Source: Thermodesulfobacteriota bacterium (GTDB lineage Bacteria > Desulfobacterota > Desulfobaccia > Desulfobaccales > 0-14-0-80-60-11). Taken from it: a stretch of DNA of 64,000 nt. The stretch spans positions 435,186 to 499,185 of the forward strand of contig JBMORG010000010.1 in assembly GCA_049322355.1 (NCBI GenBank), read 5' to 3'. A program made the translations under genes and the position numbers. Under the pieces are notes generated by a model that had not been told where the DNA came from, searched no databases, and saw only the letters and a program-made list of their open reading frames with translations. Shown here piece by piece: positions 52,803 to 60,902 of this stretch (the first letter of the stretch is position 1; the number at the start of each line of letters is the position of its first letter).

Positions 52803-53610
52803 TAACACACAAACTATTTTTGACTGTGTTATCCCGTTTAAGTTTAATGGGTTAGTCTCTGCAAGGATGTGTGCCACATCTTAAAACAATAGCCCCTAAC
52901 TAAATTATCTCCATGCCCAGATAGATTATAGCTCGGCCCGTGAGGCAGGTGATATGAATAAAAAAGGCTGTGGTTGTTTAGGAGTACTTGGGATAATAGT
53001 TGTTTTGATAATTTTTGGTTCATTATCTGAAAAAAATAAAACTACGCCAAAATCGAATATTGAAAACATTAAAAATAAACATCCTGATTTATTTATTTAT
53101 GAAGACCCCAATAGCGATTTTAATAAAATGAGCCCTTCCGAACACCTATCCCAAGCCAAAAAAGATTTAGCAGATAAATCTAGTAACTGGCCCTATGGGA
53201 GATTATCATTAGCAAAAAAACATTTAGAAACAATTAAGAAAGAAAATGATGAATATAAAGAAGCTCAACTATTATTAAAAGAAATTGAAAAAAAAAGAAA
53301 ACTCGATATGGAATTTGCTAAAAAGTTGGGTATTAAATTGGAAATCGAAAATCGCAAAAATTATGTCAAACAATTAGAATTAAATTATTTGGAAGCCGGC
53401 TTGGATATTGAGGTTTCTATCTCTGGAAAGAATCAAACAACTATCACTTTAAAAAATATTTTACTCTCACGTCCAGTTATTTATAAGTTAACTAAAGACG
53501 GAGAACTTCTTTCAAAATTTAAGAGCTTGGGCTTTAAAAAAGCTGTTTTTTCGGATGGATATAATTCGTACACCTATGATTTAACAAAATAACCGCAATG
53601 AAGGTAAAAA
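52799..53610 (+). other. Visibly low-GC 812-bp insertion carrying one gene
   Basis: Composition changes abruptly at both repeat boundaries, with long A/T runs throughout. By eye it is roughly one-third G+C, against clearly more than half in the flanks (not computed). Confidence 0.8.
52954..53592 (+). CDS. Lys-rich membrane-anchored/lipoprotein-like protein of foreign composition, unknown function
   Basis: 212 aa. N-terminus MNKKGCGCLGVLGIIVVLIIFGS (TM or lipobox-like), then a Lys/Glu/Asn-rich coiled-coil-like region. AT-rich codons are unlike any neighbouring gene. Confidence 0.7.
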   Translation: MNKKGCGCLGVLGIIVVLIIFGSLSEKNKTTPKSNIENIKNKHPDLFIYEDPNSDFNKMSPSEHLSQAKKDLADKSSNWPYGRLSLAKKHLETIKKENDEYKEAQLLLKEIEKKRKLDMEFAKKLGIKLEIENRKNYVKQLELNYLEAGLDIEVSISGKNQTTITLKNILLSRPVIYKLTKDGELLSKFKSLGFKKAVFSDGYNSYTYDLTK

Positions 53611-53727
53611 CATGATCCATACCCTGAGCGTGCGGACTGGCAGCCGCATCGAAATGGTGGACATAACCCGCAAGGTTCAGGAACTGGTCCAGGCCAGCGG
53701 CGTCGATGAAGGCCTTTGCCACCTCTT
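53611..53727 (+). repeat. 117-bp direct repeat, copy B (5' end of intact yjbQ)
   Basis: See copy A. The same duplication shows in the antisense track ORFs 52605..52877 and 53534..54136, which share AFIDAAGLDQFLNLAGY[IV]HHFDAAASPHAQGMDH. Confidence 0.95.
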
Positions 53728-54010
53728 CGTGGCCCACACCACCGCGGGCCTCACCATCAACGAAAACGCCGACCCCAGCGTCCAGTCGGATATTCTCATG
53801 GTCCTGAATAAAATCATCAGCGACCGGGAGGCTTATCGACACAGCGAAGGCAATTCGCCCGCCCATATCAAGGCATCTCTTATGGGCCCCGCCCTGACAG
53901 TCCTGGTGAGCAACGGGCGTCTGCTGCTGGGCACCTGGCAAGGGGTGTATCTCTGCGAATTCGACGGACCCCGGACCCGTAAGGTGCATATCAAGATTAT
54001 GGCAGGTTAA
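53612..54010 (+). CDS. yjbQ: YjbQ/UPF0047 family protein (secondary thiamine-phosphate synthase-like)
   Basis: 132 aa with GLCHLFVAHTTAGLTINENADPSV...HSEGNSPAHIKASLMG...LLLGTWQGVYLCEFDGPR. Confidence 0.85.
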   Translation: MIHTLSVRTGSRIEMVDITRKVQELVQASGVDEGLCHLFVAHTTAGLTINENADPSVQSDILMVLNKIISDREAYRHSEGNSPAHIKASLMGPALTVLVSNGRLLLGTWQGVYLCEFDGPRTRKVHIKIMAG

Positions 54011-55750
54011 ATGGCGAACACCCGGGAATTCTTCAGCGAAGTGCAACTGGAGGGCCTTCCCCTGGCGGCCTACCAGCGGGAACCGGCCAGAATCCGGGAC
54101 CGCAATCTTCTCAAGGATTTTCTGGAATACAGCCACATCCGCCAGGGATTGCTGGCTCCCTACACCTCCGACTACCCCCTCATCGAGCCCCGGGAACTCC
54201 TGCCTTCCTTTGAAAAAAGTTTTTCGGAATTTAAGGATCTACCTAGTTTCAGCATGGTCGCCTTCAACCGGCCACTTTCGTATCAGGAAGAAATTTTCCA
54301 ATTCGATCTGCTCCACCCCCCGGAAGCAGGGAATCGCCGGACTGTCCGGGAAAATCTGGACAAGATTCTTCCCCACCTGGACCGTGACTTAAGGCCCATG
54401 TTAAAGCAGCAGTTGGGTTTTCGCGATATCACCGATCTGGCGCACTATGAAGAATTGTTGAAGTTTATCTTCCACATGGACCGGGCCCATGTCATTGCCA
54501 GGGATGAAGGGGGGGATTTCCGCCTCTTGGGTGTTTACGGTTCCTTTCCCTCGGACCTGGACACCGAACTGAAGGTCCTGGGGCGCAAGCTGGGGAAATT
54601 TAAAAAGCTGGACCATGCCACTTATGAGCGGGAACGGGAATTCGTCTATCAATTTCTCATGGAGCTTTACGGGTTTCCCATCGCTTCCGAGCGTCGGACC
54701 TCAGGGGCGCTGTTCGCCCGGCGGCTGAGCCGGCTTAAGGAGCAATACCTCATCAAGGTGCTGGGGGCCTCGGACCGCACTATCACCAGCCTCTCGGGTT
54801 TCGAACAGAAGAGGTATCCTCTGGTGGAAAAGGTCGCGCTTATTGCGCTTTCTCCGGGACTGGCAGAGTCCCATCCTCATCTTCGGGATGGCGGCTTTTA
54901 CGTGGATTATCGGCGACGGGTGTTGATTCTGAAGGTTACTTACCAGCAACATAAGTACAACCGTTACAATGTCTTGGAAGACCGCGCCCTGTCCATCCTG
55001 CGCCAGGAAGTCATCCACCCGTATCACGGGGGCCGGGAATCAAGTCTCAATATCCTCAAGGATACCAAGCGGACTCTCAAAGAGCTCACCGATATAGTTC
55101 GGGGCGAGCATATCGGTTCCATTACCTACCGGCGCAGCGACCTCATCACGTCGACCAAGACCCACGAGGAGCGCCTGAAGTTTCTGGCGGCCTGGCTTGC
55201 CAAGAATCAGCGCCGGCTGGGGGCTTATGGCCAGGAAACCTTCGAGGCAGTGAAAAAATTATTGAACAGCTATCTTGCCCAGCGGGAAAATCGTGAGGTC
55301 TTCAGCAAGCACCGGGACTTGCACCGGGAAGTGGTGCATCAACTGGCCTACCTGAACCAGGTGCAGGAACTCCAGCCCCTGGAAAAGCTGGCGCAGCCCG
55401 GGAAGCATCAGAAAGGGATGGGCCCCGGACGGCGTCTGGCGCAGGCCTTGGCCTTTTTGGAAGAAAAGCAACATGAATTGCCCTATTTTTACTCCGACCT
55501 GTTTGAAAAGGCTTGTCATCTCTATAGCCAGGTCACGAACCACCCCCACTTTAAGAAATTGCTGACTGAAGCAGACCCTCCGGCCAGTTCTTTCAGGCGC
55601 CGGATTTGGGAGATGCTTATACGGGGACAAGAACTTGTGACCCAACTGAAGAAGCAGCACTGCTGGATTAAGGCGGAAATCAAGCGGGGGCATCCCTTTC
55701 CGGTGGTCGCCCTGGAGGACAAGGCTTCGTCTGTCCATAAAATCGCTTGA
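54011..55750 (+). CDS. Large hypothetical protein, no recognised motif
   Basis: 579-aa ORF whose ATG directly abuts the yjbQ stop (TAAATG). No Walker, HExxH or other signature seen. Confidence 0.65.
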   Translation: MANTREFFSEVQLEGLPLAAYQREPARIRDRNLLKDFLEYSHIRQGLLAPYTSDYPLIEPRELLPSFEKSFSEFKDLPSFSMVAFNRPLSYQEEIFQFDLLHPPEAGNRRTVRENLDKILPHLDRDLRPMLKQQLGFRDITDLAHYEELLKFIFHMDRAHVIARDEGGDFRLLGVYGSFPSDLDTELKVLGRKLGKFKKLDHATYEREREFVYQFLMELYGFPIASERRTSGALFARRLSRLKEQYLIKVLGASDRTITSLSGFEQKRYPLVEKVALIALSPGLAESHPHLRDGGFYVDYRRRVLILKVTYQQHKYNRYNVLEDRALSILRQEVIHPYHGGRESSLNILKDTKRTLKELTDIVRGEHIGSITYRRSDLITSTKTHEERLKFLAAWLAKNQRRLGAYGQETFEAVKKLLNSYLAQRENREVFSKHRDLHREVVHQLAYLNQVQELQPLEKLAQPGKHQKGMGPGRRLAQALAFLEEKQHELPYFYSDLFEKACHLYSQVTNHPHFKKLLTEADPPASSFRRRIWEMLIRGQELVTQLKKQHCWIKAEIKRGHPFPVVALEDKASSVHKIA

Positions 55751-55914
55751 AGCGTGATGAAAAAAATTAAAATCACCCTTGAAATAATTTAAGTGATGAT
55801 TATTATAAATTCGAAAGCCTGAGGACCGGAAAGTCTGCCGCCGGCCCCCCTAAAGCAATGCGACTGGAAGGGGCGCGATGTGGGGGTTGCAGTCCCACCA
55901 GGCTTGCATCAACC

Positions 55915-55949
55915 GGAAGGCCATGTCGTGAGGCATGGCCTTCTGGTTT
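55915..55949 (+). terminator. Intrinsic terminator
   Basis: 10-bp stem GAAGGCCATG/CATGGCCTTC (55915-55924 / 55933-55942) with an 8-nt loop, followed by TGGTTTT. Confidence 0.65.
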
Positions 55950-56006
55950 TAGGTTATTTTAAGTCCATTTTTCTGAAGATAATTTTTCTGGAGGGTTTTA
56001 AAAAGC

Positions 56007-56036
56007 TTGATATTTCCGTTTAATTTGAGATAAAAT
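56007..56036 (+). promoter_or_regulatory. Candidate sigma70 promoter of the ilv leader
   Basis: TTGATA (56007-56012), an 18-nt spacer, then TAAAAT (56031-56036), in a visibly AT-rich stretch. The predicted start is at about 56043-56044, the A of the small-ORF ATG. Confidence 0.4.
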
Positions 56037-56043
56037 TTTGTGC

Positions 56044-56175
56044 ATGAAAAAGTTATCACAGCCCTTAACCCATCTTTGCAGCTTGCGAGTATGCAGCGGC
56101 GCCGTATTGCCCGGTGTCGCGGCCGGCCTGTTGGGTTTGGGGCTGGTGGGGCTAAGGAGGATGTCGCGGCCATAA
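56044..56175 (+). CDS. 43-codon Leu/Val/Gly-rich small ORF (candidate ilv/leu leader peptide, or a small membrane peptide)
   Basis: Encodes MKKLSQPLTHLCSLRVCSGAVLPGVAAGLLGLGLVGLRRMSRP* with 10 Leu and 4 Val. No SD is present. The stop lies 30 nt upstream of a strong terminator. The ORF is below the track length cutoff. Confidence 0.35.
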   Translation: MKKLSQPLTHLCSLRVCSGAVLPGVAAGLLGLGLVGLRRMSRP

Positions 56176-56204
56176 CCCGTGACCCCCGCTACCGAAACTT
56201 TCAG

Positions 56205-56233
56205 GCAGGGCCGCTTGCGGTCCTGCTTTTTTT
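56205..56233 (+). terminator. Strong intrinsic terminator (candidate attenuator) upstream of the ilv genes
   Basis: 10-bp stem GCAGGGCCGC/GCGGTCCTGC with loop TT, followed by a T7 run (56227-56233). Confidence 0.8.
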
Positions 56234-56429
56234 GTCGGTGGCAACAATTTGGTTGGACGGGAGGGTTTGCCTTGGATTACCGCTACACTACCGTTAATCC
56301 TAATTGGACATGAACAACTCTTAGCCATCGTACTTGAGGCTAGGTCTTATTCTGGCAATGATTGACAAATACCTAACGCTATTCTAATATGTTAACTTTA
56401 ATAATCTATTGCATGGTCAGGGGCAGAGC

Positions 56430-56666
56430 ATGGAAAGACATGACCAGGAACTCATTGATCAGTTGATGGATGGGAACCCGGAGTTGAAAAAGTATGTAGA
56501 GGAACACCGGGAATATGAGAAACTCTTGGAGGAATTCAACCGCCGCCCTTACTTGACAGCCGCGGAATCCATGGAGCGGAAAAGGTTGCAGAAATTGAAG
56601 CTGGCCGGCCGGGACAGGATTGAACAGATCCTGGCGCAGCATCGCCGGAAGGAAAGCATGCAATGA
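56430..56666 (+). CDS. DUF465 (YdcH-like) small coiled-coil protein
   Basis: [36 protein letters not shown]...[17 protein letters not shown] matches the DUF465 pattern. Start ambiguous (TTG 56409 or ATG 56430). Its stop overlaps the ilvB ATG (ATGA). Confidence 0.65.
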   Translation: MERHDQELIDQLMDGNPELKKYVEEHREYEKLLEEFNRRPYLTAAESMERKRLQKLKLAGRDRIEQILAQHRRKESMQ

Positions 56667-58351
56667 AAAGGAACGGAGCCCAGATATTTCTGGAATGTTT
56701 GGAACGGGAGGGAGTTAAACATATCTTCGGGTATCCCGGCGGTGTGGTTCTGGATATTTACGATGAACTGACCCGGCATCCGGATATAAAACATATACTG
56801 GTGCGCCATGAGCAGGCCGCGGCCCACGCCGCCGACGGCTATGCCCGGGCCTCCTCGCAGGTGGGCGTGGCTCTGGTGACTTCAGGCCCCGGCGCCACCA
56901 ATACGGTTACGGGGATTGCTTCGGCCTATATGGACTCCATCCCCATCGTGGTGTTCACCGGCCAGGTGCCCACTGCCCTGATCGGCAACGATGCCTTTCA
57001 GGAGGTGGACATCGTGGGCATTACCCGGCCTTGCACCAAGCATAATTACCTGGTTAAGGACGTCAAAAATCTGGCCCACACCATTCACGAAGCTTTTCAT
57101 ATCGCCCGCTCCGGGCGGCCGGGGCCGGTGCTGGTGGATTTGCCCAAAGATGTCATTCAGGCGTCCACGGTCCCCAAGTTTCCCGAGGCCATAAAGATCA
57201 AGAGTTACAACCCCACCTATCACGCCAATCCCCGGCAGGTGAAACGGGCTCTGGACATGATTCTGACCGCCAAGAAACCGGTGCTTTACACCGGGGGCGG
57301 CATCATCCTGTCCAATTCCTCGGAGGAACTGCTGAAGTTCGGCGAGACCCTGCAAATCCCGGTGACCAGCACCCTCATGGGCTTGGGAGGCTTCCCCGGA
57401 GACAATCCCCTGTGGATGGGCATGCTGGGCATGCACGGCACCTATTGCGCTAACATGGCGGTATCCCAGGCCGATGTTCTGATTGCGGTGGGGGCCCGTT
57501 TTGACGACCGGGTCACCGGCAAGCTGGCGGAATTCGCGCCCCATGCCAAGATCGTCCATATTGATATCGACCCCAGCTCCATCAGCAAGAACGTCAAAGT
57601 CGATGTCCCCATCGTGGGCGACTGCAAGGACACCCTGCAGCAGCTCAATGACCTGTTGGCAACCAAGACGGGCCAGAATTGGAAAGAGCTTCGCCGGTCT
57701 TGGCTGGACACCGTGAAGACCTGGGAAAAGGAACACCCCCTGACTTACACCTGGAGCGATACGGTCATTAAACCCCAATATGTGGTGGAGAAGCTGTGGG
57801 AGCTGACCAAAGGCGAGGCCTATATCACCACTGAAGTGGGCCAGAACCAGATGTGGGCCGCCCAATTCTATAAGTTCAAGCGTCCCCGGCAGTTAATGAC
57901 CTCCGGCGGTCTGGGGGTCATGGGCTACGGCTTCCCCGCGGCCATGGGGGTGCAGGTGGCCAAGCCTGGTGCCACGGTCATCGATATCGCCGGGGACGGC
58001 AGTATCCAGATGAACATCCAGGAGCTGATTACGGTGGTGGAAAACGAACTGCCGGTGAAAATCGCCATATTGAACAACAACTTCCTGGGCATGGTGCGCC
58101 AGTGGCAGCAACTGTTTTACGAACGGCGCTACAGCGCCACACCCATGACGGCCCCGGATTTTGTCAAGCTGGCCGACGCCTACGGGGCCGTGGGCTTGAG
58201 GGCCACCAAGCCCCAAGAAGTGGTGCCGGTGATCCAAGAGGCCCTCAATACCCCCCGGCCGGTGATCATGGACTTTAGGGTGGAACCGGAAGAGTGCGTC
58301 ATGCCCATGGTGCCGGCAGGCAAGGCCATGCACGAGATGCTACTGGCTTAA
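56663..58351 (+). CDS. ilvB: Acetolactate synthase large (catalytic) subunit
   Basis: 562 aa. The N-terminus [23 protein letters not shown] and the ThDP motif [14 protein letters not shown]...NN are present. Confidence 0.95.
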   Translation: MKRNGAQIFLECLEREGVKHIFGYPGGVVLDIYDELTRHPDIKHILVRHEQAAAHAADGYARASSQVGVALVTSGPGATNTVTGIASAYMDSIPIVVFTGQVPTALIGNDAFQEVDIVGITRPCTKHNYLVKDVKNLAHTIHEAFHIARSGRPGPVLVDLPKDVIQASTVPKFPEAIKIKSYNPTYHANPRQVKRALDMILTAKKPVLYTGGGIILSNSSEELLKFGETLQIPVTSTLMGLGGFPGDNPLWMGMLGMHGTYCANMAVSQADVLIAVGARFDDRVTGKLAEFAPHAKIVHIDIDPSSISKNVKVDVPIVGDCKDTLQQLNDLLATKTGQNWKELRRSWLDTVKTWEKEHPLTYTWSDTVIKPQYVVEKLWELTKGEAYITTEVGQNQMWAAQFYKFKRPRQLMTSGGLGVMGYGFPAAMGVQVAKPGATVIDIAGDGSIQMNIQELITVVENELPVKIAILNNNFLGMVRQWQQLFYERRYSATPMTAPDFVKLADAYGAVGLRATKPQEVVPVIQEALNTPRPVIMDFRVEPEECVMPMVPAGKAMHEMLLA

Positions 58352-58361
58352 GGAGGGGGAG

Positions 58362-58850
58362 ATGGAATCGCGGCATACCATTGCAGTGTGGGTGGATAAT
58401 ACTCCCGGGGTGCTCTCCCGGGTTACCGGCTTGTTTTCCGGCCGGGGCTTCAACATTGAAAGTCTGTGCGTGGCCGAAACCATGGATCCTCAGGTCTCCC
58501 GGATCACCCTGGTTTCCGTGGGGGATGAGCAGATCATCGAGCAAATCATCAAGCAGCTCCATAAGCTCATCAACGTCATCACGGTGGTGGATTTAAGCGA
58601 ATTGCCCCACGTGGAGCGGGAGATGGCCCTGGTCCGGGTCAAGGCCGAGGATAAATCCCGGGCCGAAGTGTTGCGCATCGCGGACATCTTCCGCTGCCGG
58701 GTAGTGGACGTCAGCGCCAACACTTATACCCTGGAGATCACCGGGAACCACGAAAAAATCGAAGCGGTGCTGGGCCTCCTGAAATTGCACGGCATTCAGG
58801 AAGTGGTGCGCAGCGGCACCTTGGCTATTCAGCGGAGCAAGAAGGAGTAA
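58362..58850 (+). CDS. ilvN: Acetolactate synthase small (regulatory) subunit
   Basis: 162 aa. ACT domain HTIAVWVDNTPGVLSRVTGLFSGRGFNIESL. Confidence 0.95.
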   Translation: MESRHTIAVWVDNTPGVLSRVTGLFSGRGFNIESLCVAETMDPQVSRITLVSVGDEQIIEQIIKQLHKLINVITVVDLSELPHVEREMALVRVKAEDKSRAEVLRIADIFRCRVVDVSANTYTLEITGNHEKIEAVLGLLKLHGIQEVVRSGTLAIQRSKKE

Positions 58851-58947
58851 AAGAAGCTTTCAGCTATCAGCGGTCAGTAGCCAGCTTTTTTTCCAAGGCG
58901 GCATCGCCTTTATTGAATTGGCTATCCGACAGGGGGATAGCGTGAGC

Positions 58948-59157
58948 ATGGGAATTCAAAGTGCACAAAAATGTTTCACTGAGAACCTTCAGCTTTTTGG
59001 TAATGCCAAAACTCAGCCAGAAAAGTTCAATCTTTACAATGGCCTTCGAGCATTAGCCGAAGCGATTGAATCTTTGGAAAAGCGAGTCGCACTGATCGAA
59101 CATAACCTTAAAATTATAAATAATAATATAATCTCGTCTAAACGTTGGAACATGTAG
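58948..59157 (+). CDS. Small hypothetical protein of low-GC composition between ilvN and ilvC
   Basis: 69 aa from ATG 58948 (the track ORF starts at TTG 58918). GGGGGA lies ~10 nt upstream. Visibly AT-rich. The stop lies inside a family 2 repeat. Confidence 0.4.
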   Translation: MGIQSAQKCFTENLQLFGNAKTQPEKFNLYNGLRALAEAIESLEKRVALIEHNLKIINNNIISSKRWNM

Positions 59158-59220
59158 GGTGGGCACTGCCCGCCATTTGCCAAAAATTTAAAGAAATCTA
59201 TGGCGGGCGGCGCCCGCCCG
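59153..59220. repeat. Inverted-repeat element (family 2, second copy)
   Basis: TGTAGGGTGGGCACTGCCCGCCAT, an A/T-rich loop, then ATGGCGGGCGGCGCCCGCCC. The architecture matches 42864-42926. Confidence 0.85.
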
Positions 59221-59242
59221 AAATAAGGGGAAAAATTTAACC

Positions 59243-60232
59243 ATGAAGATGTATTACGATGCGGATGCGGATTTAGGGGTGCTCAAAGGCAAGAAGGTGG
59301 CCATCATCGGGTTCGGCTCCCAGGGCCACGCCCAGGCCCTCAATTTGCGGGACAGCGGCGTGGACGTGCTGGTCTCCGAAATGCCAGGGACTCCCAACTA
59401 TGAGCTGGCGGAGAAATACGGCTTCAAGCCCGTAAACGCGGCGGAGGCCGCAGCCCAGGCCCAGGTGGTGCAAATCCTGACCCAGGACCACGTCCAGGCC
59501 ATGCTCTATGAGCAGGACTTGAAGCCACACATGACCAAAGGCAAGGCCTTGCTCTTTTCCCACGGCTTTAATATCCATTTCGGCCAGATTGTGCCCAGCC
59601 CCGAAATCGATGTCATCATGGTGGCTCCCAAGGGTCCCGGCCACCTGGTGCGGAGCGAGTACGAAAAAGGCGCCGGCGTCCCTGCCCTGGTGGCGGTAGA
59701 ACAGGACGCTTCCGGCAAGGCCCTGGCCACGGCCCTGGCCTACGCCAAAGGTATCGGGGCCACCCGGGCCGGGGTGTTCGAAACCTCCTTTGCCGAAGAA
59801 ACGGAAACCGACCTCTTCGGGGAACAGGCCGTACTATGCGGCGGCGTCTCCGAACTGGTCAAGGCTGGGTTTGACACCCTGGTGGAAGCGGGTTACGCCC
59901 CGGAGATCGCCTACTTCGAGTGTCTCCACGAGCTCAAGCTCATCGTGGATCTTTTCTATCAGGGCGGCATCAGCTATATGCGCTATTCCGTGAGCGACAC
60001 CGCGGAGTACGGGGACTACACCCGGGGGAACCGCATCATTACCGAGGAAACCCGGGAGGAGATGCGCCAGATTCTCTATGAAGTGCAGTCCGGCGAGTTT
60101 GCTAAGGAGTGGATATTGGAAAACCAGGCCCGGCGCCCGGTTTTCAATGCCCTCCGGCGCCAGGAAGCCGAGCACCCCATCGAGGAAGTGGGCAAAAAGC
60201 TCCGGTCCATGATGGGGTGGTTAAAAAAATAG
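59243..60232 (+). CDS. ilvC: Ketol-acid reductoisomerase (class I)
   Basis: 329 aa with [23 protein letters not shown] and [11 protein letters not shown]. Confidence 0.95.
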   Translation: MKMYYDADADLGVLKGKKVAIIGFGSQGHAQALNLRDSGVDVLVSEMPGTPNYELAEKYGFKPVNAAEAAAQAQVVQILTQDHVQAMLYEQDLKPHMTKGKALLFSHGFNIHFGQIVPSPEIDVIMVAPKGPGHLVRSEYEKGAGVPALVAVEQDASGKALATALAYAKGIGATRAGVFETSFAEETETDLFGEQAVLCGGVSELVKAGFDTLVEAGYAPEIAYFECLHELKLIVDLFYQGGISYMRYSVSDTAEYGDYTRGNRIITEETREEMRQILYEVQSGEFAKEWILENQARRPVFNALRRQEAEHPIEEVGKKLRSMMGWLKK

Positions 60233-60245
60233 AAAACTTTTGATT

Positions 60246-60902
60246 ATGACTGTGTCTGCCGCCAAAAGGCGGGGATTAATCGCCGCACCGGGTTATAATT
60301 TTATCCTGGCCGGCGTGGTGTTGATCTTCCTGGGATTGATCGGTCACTGGCCCTGGATCACTGTCCTGGGATTGCTGGCCAGCGGGTTTTTCGCCTACTT
60401 TTTCAGGGACCCGGAACGGCCTATTCCCGGTGGTCCCGAGGCGATCGTCTCCCCCGCAGACGGCAAAGTGGTCTTTGTGGATGAAGTCCAGGAAAACCTG
60501 TTTCTTAAAGGTGCGGCCCGGCGCGTCGCCATCTTCATGGATGTCTTTGACGTCCATGTGAACCGGTCCCCGGTGGCGGGCGTCGTCACGGAGATGCAGC
60601 ACCGGCCGGGGGAATACAAAGCGGCGTTTCGCCAGGACGCGGCAGTGCGCAACGAACAACAAGCCGTGGTCCTGGAAAGCGAAACCCGGCAGCGAGTATT
60701 GGTGACCCAGATTGCCGGACTCCTGGCCCGCCGGATTATTCCGTTTGTAAAACCCGGGCAGTACTTGGCCCGGGGCGAACGTTTCGGCATGATTTGTTTC
60801 GGCTCCCGGGTGGACATTTATCTGCCCCGGGAGGCCGACATCCAGGTGAAGGTTGGAGACCGGGTGAAAGCCGGGAGCAGCATAATCGGGAGGTGGGCAT
60901 GA
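60246..60902 (+). CDS. psd: Phosphatidylserine decarboxylase proenzyme (short, archaetidylserine-type)
   Basis: About 218 aa with N-terminal TM segments and the self-cleavage-like motif FGSRVD near the C-terminus. Start is TTG 60240 or ATG 60246. Confidence 0.8.
   Translation: MTVSAAKRRGLIAAPGYNFILAGVVLIFLGLIGHWPWITVLGLLASGFFAYFFRDPERPIPGGPEAIVSPADGKVVFVDEVQENLFLKGAARRVAIFMDVFDVHVNRSPVAGVVTEMQHRPGEYKAAFRQDAAVRNEQQAVVLESETRQRVLVTQIAGLLARRIIPFVKPGQYLARGERFGMICFGSRVDIYLPREADIQVKVGDRVKAGSSIIGRWA

Noticed and set aside
53534-54136. 200-aa minus-strand ORF antisense to yjbQ (and its partial twin 52605..52877).
   Set aside because: It is an antisense shadow of a clearly recognisable YjbQ gene. Its only value is that the shared peptide confirms the 117-bp duplication.
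55818-55835. GAGGACCGGAAAGTCTGCC, resembling the RNase P CR-I motif (GAGGAAAGUCCGGGC) or the SRP domain IV motif (GGUCCGGAAGGAAGCAGCC).
   Set aside because: The other conserved RNase P regions (e.g. ACAGAANCCGGCUUA, GGUAAGAGCGCACC) are absent from 55.8-56.3 kb. The GGAA-type loop is not at the apex of a long hairpin as SRP RNA requires.
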